Positions 50,549 to 58,504 of a DNA stretch of 64,000 nucleotides are shown one piece after another. Position 1 is the first letter of the stretch. Every line of letters begins with the position of its first letter. The stretch covers positions 32,001 to 96,000 of the IMG/VR virus record IMGVR_UViG_3300043772_001024. One strand, written 5' to 3'. Position numbers and translations under genes: made by a program. The DNA comes from a virus. Under the pieces are notes generated by a model. It saw nothing but the letters and a program-made list of their open reading frames with translations. It was not told the DNA's origin and did no database searches.

Positions 50549-51064
50549 TTATTGGTCATATGCCACACCAATACCACCTCTAACTCTACTTGATTGTTCT
50601 TCTTGAAGATCTTTATAAGCTCCTTTGAAAGACTGTCTGATAGCTTCATAGTTTTTAGCTGCACTAATAAGTGAGTTTATATTCCCGTCCCTACCTGCAG
50701 TTATAGTTGTTACTTCCATATATCTTGCTAATCTATCTAACATGGATGCAATACCTTTATATGCTCTGGATGTTGGGGTTTCATACATTCTTTGACAGAA
50801 CTGTAAAGCTGTGAATACAGCATCATCTTCTGTTGAGAATTCACCTTCTATCTGTTGCATTATTAGATTCTCTTTATCTATATCTGGTGTATAGAAAAAT
50901 GGATTCATATCCGGATTGGGACATGTCATGTAGAAAAGATATTGGTATATTTTTAGGTAATCATCCGGATACTCTTCCATTATATCTTTAAGAGCTTTTA
51001 GTGTATAACAGTGTTCTGTTGGTACCACAATATTATTCTGTACATCAAAGAGTTTGATTAACAT
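50549..51064 (-). CDS. Conserved protein upstream of TerL (possible terminase small subunit)
   Basis: Helical, ends RVRGG; immediately upstream of TerL. Confidence 0.5.
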   Translation of the reverse strand: MLIKLFDVQNNIVVPTEHCYTLKALKDIMEEYPDDYLKIYQYLFYMTCPNPDMNPFFYTPDIDKENLIMQQIEGEFSTEDDAVFTALQFCQRMYETPTSRAYKGIASMLDRLARYMEVTTITAGRDGNINSLISAAKNYEAIRQSFKGAYKDLQEEQSSRVRGGIGVAYDQ

Positions 51065-51066
51065 AT

Positions 51067-51897
51067 TTATTTCTTTTTAATTGGGTTATCTTTCATATAA
51101 TGTATAACTGCCTGCACTTCATCTACCAAGTAAGGTATAGAGATTGGTATAACTTCTTTTATTACAGGTTCCCCTCTCTCATCTTTCTTTGTAATAGGAT
51201 AGCCCCAGTTATCTTCTCTTTCAACTTCAAATGTTATATGATGAACAAATATTCTTCCTGGTTTTAGTTTGGGGTTATGCTTCAATATAATATACATATA
51301 AATACTCAATTGTAAAGCATAGTGATTAAAGTGGCAGTCATCTAAACTATCTACCGGTGATAACATCTTATCAGTTACACCTTCCCAGTTAGTGAAACCT
51401 TCCATCTTAATTTCTTTATTAGTCTTGTAGTCAATAATATTTACTTTACCATTGACTACTTCAACTAAATCTGACTGGCCACATAAGCCTGCTGACTTAA
51501 GATAGACCATATGTTCTGGATACACGCCTGGTTCTAGTTTTTGATTTGGTGCCACCCTGATACCATTATTTTCACCGGATGGGCTAAATACAGGTACAGT
51601 AACACCTTCTCTCTCTAATGAAGCTAAAGAACATAAATCATCCTCTCTTTGGTTATGATACCATGTACCAAGGGTGGTAGACCTATCAGCTTCATTTTTC
51701 CAAATCTCTTGTATAATAACAGGATCTACACCATACCATTTAGATGTCTTTTTCTTGCTCACCTTCTCTGCAGTTTTCTTTGCATCAAATGGTTTTTTTA
51801 AAGCAGATATTACTGTAGTTACACTAGTCCAGTTTATCTTCTCTTCAGGATTTAAACTCTTATAGCTATGGTCCTCAGCTGTAAATATTATACTCAT
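51067..51897 (-). CDS. PD-(D/E)xK nuclease (Cas4/RecB-like exonuclease)
   Basis: SVTTVI, LGTWYH, CGQSDLV, IIDYKT, HYALQLSIY. Confidence 0.85.
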   Translation of the reverse strand: MSIIFTAEDHSYKSLNPEEKINWTSVTTVISALKKPFDAKKTAEKVSKKKTSKWYGVDPVIIQEIWKNEADRSTTLGTWYHNQREDDLCSLASLEREGVTVPVFSPSGENNGIRVAPNQKLEPGVYPEHMVYLKSAGLCGQSDLVEVVNGKVNIIDYKTNKEIKMEGFTNWEGVTDKMLSPVDSLDDCHFNHYALQLSIYMYIILKHNPKLKPGRIFVHHITFEVEREDNWGYPITKKDERGEPVIKEVIPISIPYLVDEVQAVIHYMKDNPIKKK

Positions 51898-52145
51898 TTT
51901 TTCAATTGTTCTAAAGCAAGTATTGCTATGTTAAAGTTATCTATATCCTCAGACATAAGCATTGTCTTTAAGTTCTTTACCACATCTGGTTCAATATTTT
52001 TATTTTCTTCCATCCATTCTAGATAGTCAATAGTATTTCTAACTGCTAATGCATGGTTTATCATACTACCAGTTGTAATAGATATTTGTCTCCCTTGGGG
52101 AGCAATACCATCAGTCATGAAGGATTCTAGTTCTACCCATTTCAT
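51894..52145 (-). CDS. Hypothetical protein (83 aa)
   Basis: Overlapping start/stop with neighbours; C-terminal NLKTMLMSED shared with the next gene. Confidence 0.65.
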   Translation of the reverse strand: MKWVELESFMTDGIAPQGRQISITTGSMINHALAVRNTIDYLEWMEENKNIEPDVVKNLKTMLMSEDIDNFNIAILALEQLKK

Positions 52146-52477
52146 GCATTTTCTATAATTGTGTTAGCTAATAAAACTGATGCATCATCTTCAGACATAA
52201 GCATCTTCCTGATATTACTTACTTCTTCTTGAGTAAACTTCCCTTCCATACAAGCTATCTTAAGTCTTAGAAACTTATTCTCAAGTTCTAATCTTTCTAG
52301 TCTACCTAGAATTTCTGATAATGTACTTGTTGATGTAACTGAAGGTGGTATACTCTGTAGTTGCTCCCATATACCATTTGTATTTATATTTGTGTTCCCA
52401 GGAATTGTATTAATAGTCTTATTAGGATCACTAACATATATACCTGCATTATGCAATCTATCTGTAAACTTTGACAT
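52142..52477 (-). CDS. Hypothetical protein (111 aa)
   Basis: Coiled coil; C-terminal NIRKMLMSED. Confidence 0.65.
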   Translation of the reverse strand: MSKFTDRLHNAGIYVSDPNKTINTIPGNTNINTNGIWEQLQSIPPSVTSTSTLSEILGRLERLELENKFLRLKIACMEGKFTQEEVSNIRKMLMSEDDASVLLANTIIENA

Positions 52478-52481
52478 ATTA

Positions 52482-52781
52482 TTAATCTTTAAGATTATCT
52501 AATGCATCTTCTTCCTCTTCTGTAGCAATTGCATCCCATTTATCTAATGGACATGATGATGATAGAGATCTAGTCTTGAAATTAAGTGAACATCCACATT
52601 CATTACAACATGGAGCAGTGCCCTTTACAGCACATTTTCTTCCTTTATGTTCACAGTCCTCACAGATAGAATATCTTAGTCTTGCTATTTCTTCTACTGT
52701 TTCATCCCGGATTACAGAGTTAGTTATACCTTCAATTATCTGATTCCGGTTTTGCCAAATTAGTTTTAGTGTGTTTTTCAT
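52482..52781 (-). CDS. Cys-rich metal-binding protein (DUF6171-like)
   Basis: RYSICEDC...CNECGC...KTRS..SSCPLDKW. Confidence 0.7.
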   Translation of the reverse strand: MKNTLKLIWQNRNQIIEGITNSVIRDETVEEIARLRYSICEDCEHKGRKCAVKGTAPCCNECGCSLNFKTRSLSSSCPLDKWDAIATEEEEDALDNLKD

Positions 52782-53164
52782 TGTTCATTCTTTTTAAGTT
52801 TATACTCTTCTTTCTTATTTAAAGTTTCCTGTTTTTTTAATGCCAGCTTGTCTAATTGCTTTTCTATATGATCTAAAGCTAATAGTTTTTTTTCCAACAT
52901 CATCTTGTGGTGATAAGCATTAAATGTAGATGTGTCATGGTTGGTAAGTGCTTTTTTATATCTAGGCACCATCTTTCTTACAAAGCTTTCTTTTATAACA
53001 AATTGACCCAGACCCTCTACATTTATTCTTAAATGTTTTAACCCAGTTATATTACTCTTTACTTCTTTATAATAGTACTCAATTAAATCCTCAACCAAAT
53101 TAATTGGGATATTTAATTCTTCAGCTACTTCTTTATACAAAGACTTTGACTTCTGTGGTATCAT
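52778..53164 (-). CDS. HU/IHF-like DNA-binding protein
   Basis: LYKEVAEELNIP..LVEDLI...RINVEGLGQFVIK HU fold signature. Confidence 0.7.
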   Translation of the reverse strand: MIPQKSKSLYKEVAEELNIPINLVEDLIEYYYKEVKSNITGLKHLRINVEGLGQFVIKESFVRKMVPRYKKALTNHDTSTFNAYHHKMMLEKKLLALDHIEKQLDKLALKKQETLNKKEEYKLKKNEQ

Positions 53165-53520
53165 TTACCTAAAAATTTAAAGTCTAAAAGTATGTCTCCT
53201 TCAGTCTGCACTTTTAAAGCTGGGTCAATAAACACAACTTTTTTATTTGCAGGATCTTTGCTTACTAAATTATTCTTCTCACATTTATTAATACAGTTTC
53301 TTACTGTTTGCTCTGACTTAAATATCTTATGTTCATCAGATGCTTCATAACAAAAATGAGAGAGTTCAATTGGACCAAGTAATGACAACAGAGTTAAACA
53401 TTCCAGATCAGACTCACTCATTGTTATACGGTTAATATAACAATGAGTTAAGATCTGAAACTTAATGACATCATTTCTTGACATCACTACTCTTTTCTGT
53501 ACCTGATTAACTAAAGCCAT
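53161..53520 (-). CDS. Putative winged helix-turn-helix protein
   Basis: SESDLECL...SEQTVRNCINKCEKNNLVSK wHTH pattern. Confidence 0.6.
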   Translation of the reverse strand: MALVNQVQKRVVMSRNDVIKFQILTHCYINRITMSESDLECLTLLSLLGPIELSHFCYEASDEHKIFKSEQTVRNCINKCEKNNLVSKDPANKKVVFIDPALKVQTEGDILLDFKFLGK

Positions 53521-53522
53521 GA

Positions 53523-53807
53523 TTAGTCTTTCTTAAGCTTTCTTTTTGGAGCTTCTGTTTCTGGATACTCTAAGTCATCTTCTTCTTCACCATTCTCAGC
53601 ATTCTTAGCTTCATTCATCATCATTGCATACTGCATCTGAAGACTCATTCTTTTAAACCTTGCTTCATCAATAGCTAGAAGTTTTTGTTCATACACTAGT
53701 TGGGCATCAAGATAAGGTACTGAATCTGTGTAAAATTCAAGCATAGAAGCCTTCTTTTCAGCTAGTTGCTCAGGAGTCAATTCCTCCTCAAAATGTTGGT
53801 TTTCCAT
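53523..53807 (-). CDS. Hypothetical acidic helical protein (94 aa)
   Basis: First gene after the canonical promoter at 53831. Confidence 0.65.
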   Translation of the reverse strand: MENQHFEEELTPEQLAEKKASMLEFYTDSVPYLDAQLVYEQKLLAIDEARFKRMSLQMQYAMMMNEAKNAENGEEEDDLEYPETEAPKRKLKKD

Positions 53808-53830
53808 TTTATATATTTTAAAAGTTTAAG

Positions 53831-53862
53831 CAAATATACAATTTTATGTTTAAACTAAATAT
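53831..53862 (-). promoter_or_regulatory. Promoter with canonical Bacteroidota -7 box TATATTTG
   Basis: Exact TAnnTTTG, directly after a terminator, upstream of the packaging operon. Confidence 0.7.
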
Positions 53863-53871
53863 ATTTAAAAC

Positions 53872-53902
53872 AAAAAATCCAGGCATACAAAGTACCTGGA
53901 TT
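53872..53902 (-). terminator. Intrinsic terminator ending lysis cassette
   Basis: Minus strand ATCCAGG...CCTGGAT stem followed by TTTTT. Confidence 0.75.
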
Positions 53903-53922
53903 AGTATGAGTAAAATTATAAT

Positions 53923-54213
53923 TTATTTTTCTCTTTGGTTTTTCATCCACAGTGCACCAGCTGTTCCTGCTAAGGCTGCACCTACAGTTCCTAATATCCC
54001 ACCTTTGCTATCTTTAGATTTACCTTTGCTTTTAAATTTTTGTCTACATCTTTTTTTTCCAGGACCTCCAGGGCCAGCGCATTCAGACATAACATCTGTT
54101 GCTCCACCAACTTCATAGCTTTTCATTGATCTTATCATTGGTGCAGGTCCACCTTTTTTCATTGACTTACAAAATACTGTAGCATCTGTAACTCCTTTTA
54201 GTCCATTTTTCAT
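53923..54213 (-). CDS. Small basic protein with MKKGG/YEVGG motifs and C-terminal hydrophobic helix
   Basis: GGILGTVGAALAGTAGALW putative TM segment. Confidence 0.6.
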   Translation of the reverse strand: MKNGLKGVTDATVFCKSMKKGGPAPMIRSMKSYEVGGATDVMSECAGPGGPGKKRCRQKFKSKGKSKDSKGGILGTVGAALAGTAGALWMKNQREK

Positions 54214-54215
54214 AG

Positions 54216-54374
54216 TTATCTATTTTTAAGTGTTAAGTTTAATATAGTAAAAGAATAGAAGTTTCTGTTTGGGTCTATCTCTATAGAGAACAGATCAAGC
54301 ATAGATACTCTAGCTCTAACGGTAATTGTTTTCCAATTAGGTTTGTGACTTTTCCAGTTGTTTCTAAACTTCAT
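54216..54374 (-). CDS. Small hypothetical protein (52 aa)
   Basis: Start at 54374 (MKFRNNW) avoids overlap with the amidase; preferred over the track start at 54398. Confidence 0.55.
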   Translation of the reverse strand: MKFRNNWKSHKPNWKTITVRARVSMLDLFSIEIDPNRNFYSFTILNLTLKNR

Positions 54375-54375
54375 A

Positions 54376-55254
54376 CTATAAGGATAATAACATATCAATT
54401 AATTCTTGCTGTGGAAACATATCCACTTTTCCTCTTATTATGTTAGTATGAGAATACATACCTGGAGTCTTGTTTGCTCTATCAAGATCTAATACATCAA
54501 ATCCATCAGCTCCTCTTGCTTTAACATATTCTACTAAACCTACTCTAGGGTCAATATCATATTTGTCAGCTACAAAAAGGATCCATTGCTTCAATGTTTC
54601 AATCTGAGCATCTGAGTATTTATGCCAGAACTGAAAACCACGGAATGGTTTAGCCAACTTAACTATCTGGTTAGGATCTGCTGGTGTACCAACATAAGTC
54701 TTTCCATTAACTATCTGACCCATACAACATACTTCAATAGCTACAGAGTTTCTATGCATAACAGAATTACCTGTACCTGTGTGCCACCCATATCCTCCTT
54801 CTGGAAAACATTGGATTAATTCACCGTCATACTTGGTATTACCATTTCTTACAGATTGACCACCTAATATAAATTCAGTAGCTACATTACCTCTGTTATC
54901 TCTAGCCCACATATCAGCAACTTGGTATGGATCTTCCCATCCTGCTGTGTGGTGTAAGAATATCCATTGTTTTTTTACAGGACCAGGGAAGTAAGTTCCT
55001 ACTGGCATATAATGTTTCTTAATCTCTAATGCTTTTTCTACTTCTAGATTCTCAGCATTGTCAGTATTAAGAATACCCATATGAGCCCAAGTCTTAGGAC
55101 CAACTACTCCATCAGGTACTAAACCATTTTTCTTTTGGTAAGATTTTACTGCTGATTCTGTTTTTGGACCAAAGATTCCGTCAGCTGTAAGTTTTAAAAA
55201 TTCTTGAAGAGTCACCACTGCTGGGCCCTTACTTCCTTTCTTTAAAACATCCAT
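54376..55254 (-). CDS. Endolysin: PG-binding domain plus N-acetylmuramoyl-L-alanine amidase (Amidase_2)
   Basis: LKKGSKG..V..LQ...DGIFGPKTESAVKSYQ..NGL..DGVVGPKTW; IFLHHTAG, WHTG, SVAIEVC, YSH...KVDMFP. Confidence 0.9.
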   Translation of the reverse strand: MDVLKKGSKGPAVVTLQEFLKLTADGIFGPKTESAVKSYQKKNGLVPDGVVGPKTWAHMGILNTDNAENLEVEKALEIKKHYMPVGTYFPGPVKKQWIFLHHTAGWEDPYQVADMWARDNRGNVATEFILGGQSVRNGNTKYDGELIQCFPEGGYGWHTGTGNSVMHRNSVAIEVCCMGQIVNGKTYVGTPADPNQIVKLAKPFRGFQFWHKYSDAQIETLKQWILFVADKYDIDPRVGLVEYVKARGADGFDVLDLDRANKTPGMYSHTNIIRGKVDMFPQQELIDMLLSL

Positions 55255-55559
55255 TATTTCTTACGGTTAAATTTTTTACTCATCATATGAGCAACCCATT
55301 TACCAACTCTTTGTAGTACTGGAGTCTCAGCTTCTACTTTAACTGTAGTGCCTTTATCTGTCTTAGTAACTTCTACATCTAATTTTCTAGAGTCTAGTAC
55401 AAACTTCTTTTCTTCTTCATCAGCTTTTACTGTAACATCTACTTTAGGTGTATCTACTACTACATCTAATTTTTTGTCTTTTTTCTTAACACTTACTCTG
55501 GTTTTCTTTACCTTAACTTCAGCATTAATTTCCACTGGTGTTTTTGCTTTCTTTGCCAT
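55254..55559 (-). CDS. Lys/Val-rich beta-repeat protein in lysis cassette
   Basis: KLDVVV / KVDVTV / KLDVEV repeats. Confidence 0.55.
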   Translation of the reverse strand: MAKKAKTPVEINAEVKVKKTRVSVKKKDKKLDVVVDTPKVDVTVKADEEEKKFVLDSRKLDVEVTKTDKGTTVKVEAETPVLQRVGKWVAHMMSKKFNRKK

Positions 55560-55803
55560 CTTTCTTTTTTTTATTGGTTATTGTTTTTTTATCTTGGTTA
55601 TCTTCAACAGTTAGTTGAGATAAAGTAGCTGCTACTGTTCCTGCAGTTACTAAATAACCAGCTACTGTAACTACTGCTGCTGGTAATGTTATTGGAGCTG
55701 CAACTATTACTCCTGCTGCTGCACCTACTGCAATAGCAATCTTCTGTACATTCTTCCAGAATTTAGGAGTAGAAGCATTCCATCTTTTTTTTATATTAGT
55801 CAT
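55525..55803 (-). CDS. Putative holin
   Basis: KRWNASTPKFWK followed by two hydrophobic segments, SQLT, and a charged tail; upstream of the endolysin. Confidence 0.65.
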   Translation of the reverse strand: MTNIKKRWNASTPKFWKNVQKIAIAVGAAAGVIVAAPITLPAAVVTVAGYLVTAGTVAATLSQLTVEDNQDKKTITNKKKKDGKESKNTSGN

Positions 55804-56071
55804 GTCTGCTATTTATTATGAATAACTTTACTGCATCTGACAATTCACTAACATTCTTTGCTAAGTTTTTAATTTCAAGCTGTGTCAGTTCTTGTAGTGC
55901 TTGATATTTTATTTGACTTTCTTGTTGTACTAGTTCTATTTTACCTTTTAATTTACCTTGTTCTTCTGTATTTTTTCTAACATCAGAGTGTATCATTTTT
56001 AAAAAGTATCCAAATATAGTAAAAATTAAACTAGCTATAAAAAGGATGAGTGTCATTAACCAGGTTTCCAT
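55796..56071 (-). CDS. Membrane-anchored coiled-coil protein (holin/lysis accessory-like)
   Basis: N-terminal TM helix then coiled coil; first gene of the lysis cassette. Confidence 0.55.
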   Translation of the reverse strand: METWLMTLILFIASLIFTIFGYFLKMIHSDVRKNTEEQGKLKGKIELVQQESQIKYQALQELTQLEIKNLAKNVSELSDAVKLFIINSRHD

Positions 56072-56098
56072 TGTTATTATGTTATAAATATATATATA

Positions 56099-56128
56099 AT
56101 AATATACAAAAAATAAATGAAACTACAA
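56099..56128 (-). promoter_or_regulatory. Putative late promoter TTG-N19-TATATTAT for lysis cassette
   Basis: Nearly identical to 30556-30587. Confidence 0.65.
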
Positions 56129-56154
56129 TAGGTTAATAGGTATTTTTACTTATA

Positions 56155-56466
56155 TTAAGCCATGTCAATGATTACTTCATACCCCATTTGCTCATAAGCT
56201 ATCTTAGCATATTTGTGAGCTGTCTCTAAAGATTGAGTTTCACCTGCCTCTAAATCAGATTTATAACTTCCAATAGGAACATCTGTATATAAAATTTTAC
56301 CTTCTTCAAATGTTGCTTTGTTTGCAAATGTTGCTACTTCACCTTCAATAGTGTTTCCTGGGAAATCACCTAAGAATCTGATTCTACCATAAACCTCTGG
56401 TAACTCAATACCTGTTCCTGAGATTGTAATCTTTTTTTCTTCTGTTGCTTTAATTAAAATTGCCAT
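56155..56466 (-). CDS. Putative fibre-associated/assembly protein (103 aa)
   Basis: Small gene directly following a fibre gene. Confidence 0.5.
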   Translation of the reverse strand: MAILIKATEEKKITISGTGIELPEVYGRIRFLGDFPGNTIEGEVATFANKATFEEGKILYTDVPIGSYKSDLEAGETQSLETAHKYAKIAYEQMGYEVIIDMA

Positions 56467-56492
56467 AATATATTTTTTTGTAAAGATAGTAA

Positions 56493-58193
56493 TTATCCTA
56501 ATAATCCTAAATTAGTTAATATAGTAACTAAGTCACCAACTGTTGCTATACCTGCACTTGATTGTTTATATAATTTAATTACATCTCCAACCTCTGTTCT
56601 AAAATGTGGTGCTGCATTACCTGCTGTTATGTCTGCTGAGTATTGTTGGAATGAATCAGTAATATTTGTAGATGGTACTGATGTATGATTTCTTACTACT
56701 AATGTATTTCCACCATCTCCCATAAATGTAGTTACATTGGCATCTGTTAATATAGTATTGTTTTTCCCACTTAATAATAAGCTACCATTACCTCTAAACA
56801 TTTGGCTTTGGCGATAATCATTAAAGAATACATTAAATACTTCATTTGCACTATAAGTTATAAAACCACCATTACCTGATCTTCCTAAATGAATTGAACT
56901 ATTACCACCATAAGTATCCTGAGAAGCATTACCAATTCTAATTGATGAGTCACCAGATGTTGTATTACCAATACCCATGACTATATTCCTCATCCCATTT
57001 ATAGAATTAGAAGAACCAACAACAACATAATTATCAACGGAACCACTTAAAGTATTTGAATTACCAAATACTGTATTTGTATAATTAGCAATGGATGTAT
57101 TTCCTGTTCCTACATACAACGAACCAAATGTATTTGTTTGTATAAAAGTTCCTGCTGTTGTATCTATTTTTGGATTAGATGGAATTACTATTGTGCCATT
57201 TCCTTGCACAGTTAAAATATTCGCACTATCAGCACTATTCCTAACTCTAAATGCTAAGTCAGTTGATAATGCACCTTGTGCTCTTACGTCAAGTCTTGCA
57301 CCTGGTGTTGATGCTTCTGTCCCAATTCCTACCGTACCACTACTATTTATTGTAAATATGGGATTAGTTGTTAAATTACCTGCATTATTACCATGAACAT
57401 TGAAAAAATTGACATTTGTACCTGCATTACCTATTCTTAAAGTTGCTTGAGCTCCTATCCCTGTAACATGAAAAACATTATGAAATTGATTTCTTATTTG
57501 TATATTATGAGTTTGTGTTCCTGATGAATACATGGCAACACCACCATTATTTCCAACCGTTAAGCTACTTCCTATTTGTATTGATTTAGTTCCTGCCGAC
57601 TCAGGAAATACAAAAACACCGCCTTCACTTAATGCTTGAAACCTTACTATTTCTATGTTACTGGTATTGTCATTTTTAAATAAGGAAAGTTCAGACCCTT
57701 TATTGAAAGTACCTACTGTAATTTTTCTTAATCTTGTATATCCAATTCCCGTTACATCATTATTCTCTATTTCTAACATACTGTTAGAAAAAGTTGTTTT
57801 TCCATCACCCTGAGCAGAAATAATATTCTGCGTACCAGCACTATTCTGAATTTGAAATGGTATATCAGTAGCAGCAGTACCTACAGCCTTTAATCCTAAT
57901 CTTTTTAATGTATTGTCATAAGTGAAGTTAGCATCTTGCTGAACTACTCCACCTGCTTGAAAGAATACTCTACCATCTGTTCCTGATGTTACAGCTGTTG
58001 TTCCTACTGTTATTCCACTTCCTGAGAATATTTCTTGGACAACTCCTGTAGAATCTTTATAGTGAACTAACTTATCTGCCTTATCATAGAAATAAGTACT
58101 GTTAGCTACAGATGCCCAATCTGCAGAAGTATCAGTAACTACTGTGTAGTTAATAGCTCCTGCCATTGTTGTTGTTACTGCTGTTACTGCCAT
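56493..58193 (-). CDS. Putative tail/head fibre (566 aa)
   Basis: G/T/N-rich; VGIGT..PGARLDVR fibre motif; YadA-head-like xxIGxxN repeats. Confidence 0.65.
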   Translation of the reverse strand: MAVTAVTTTMAGAINYTVVTDTSADWASVANSTYFYDKADKLVHYKDSTGVVQEIFSGSGITVGTTAVTSGTDGRVFFQAGGVVQQDANFTYDNTLKRLGLKAVGTAATDIPFQIQNSAGTQNIISAQGDGKTTFSNSMLEIENNDVTGIGYTRLRKITVGTFNKGSELSLFKNDNTSNIEIVRFQALSEGGVFVFPESAGTKSIQIGSSLTVGNNGGVAMYSSGTQTHNIQIRNQFHNVFHVTGIGAQATLRIGNAGTNVNFFNVHGNNAGNLTTNPIFTINSSGTVGIGTEASTPGARLDVRAQGALSTDLAFRVRNSADSANILTVQGNGTIVIPSNPKIDTTAGTFIQTNTFGSLYVGTGNTSIANYTNTVFGNSNTLSGSVDNYVVVGSSNSINGMRNIVMGIGNTTSGDSSIRIGNASQDTYGGNSSIHLGRSGNGGFITYSANEVFNVFFNDYRQSQMFRGNGSLLLSGKNNTILTDANVTTFMGDGGNTLVVRNHTSVPSTNITDSFQQYSADITAGNAAPHFRTEVGDVIKLYKQSSAGIATVGDLVTILTNLGLLG

Positions 58194-58504
58194 GATGTAA
58201 ATGTATTATAAAAGTTATCAAATATTAATTTTTCTGAATTAGACAGTGTATCATATTCAAATTCTTGCATAGACTTTACTTCTAATTTTTCAACCAATAA
58301 AAGAACATATCTTTTAACATCATCTTCTGTTACAAAAATTTGATTATATATATCTGTATTTTTGCTATTAGCTAAATTAATAAAATCTTGATAAGATAAG
58401 TTTTCATCTCCTGATAAATCACTTATAATATAAGTTTTTACTGCTGAATCAACAGTGCTTATTAGTTCATTATAGTCTAATAATATATCTACTTTAGTTA
58501 TCAT
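58184..58504 (-). CDS. Hypothetical acidic protein (106 aa), possible spike chaperone
   Basis: Follows the beta-helix gene with overlapping stop/start. Confidence 0.5.
   Translation of the reverse strand: MITKVDILLDYNELISTVDSAVKTYIISDLSGDENLSYQDFINLANSKNTDIYNQIFVTEDDVKRYVLLLVEKLEVKSMQEFEYDTLSNSEKLIFDNFYNTFTSWQ

Noticed and set aside
45583-55254. Stop-codon reassignment (TAG to Gln), as in some crAss-like lineages
   Set aside because: Portal, TerL and amidase end in TAG at natural gene boundaries, and long genes are intact under the standard code
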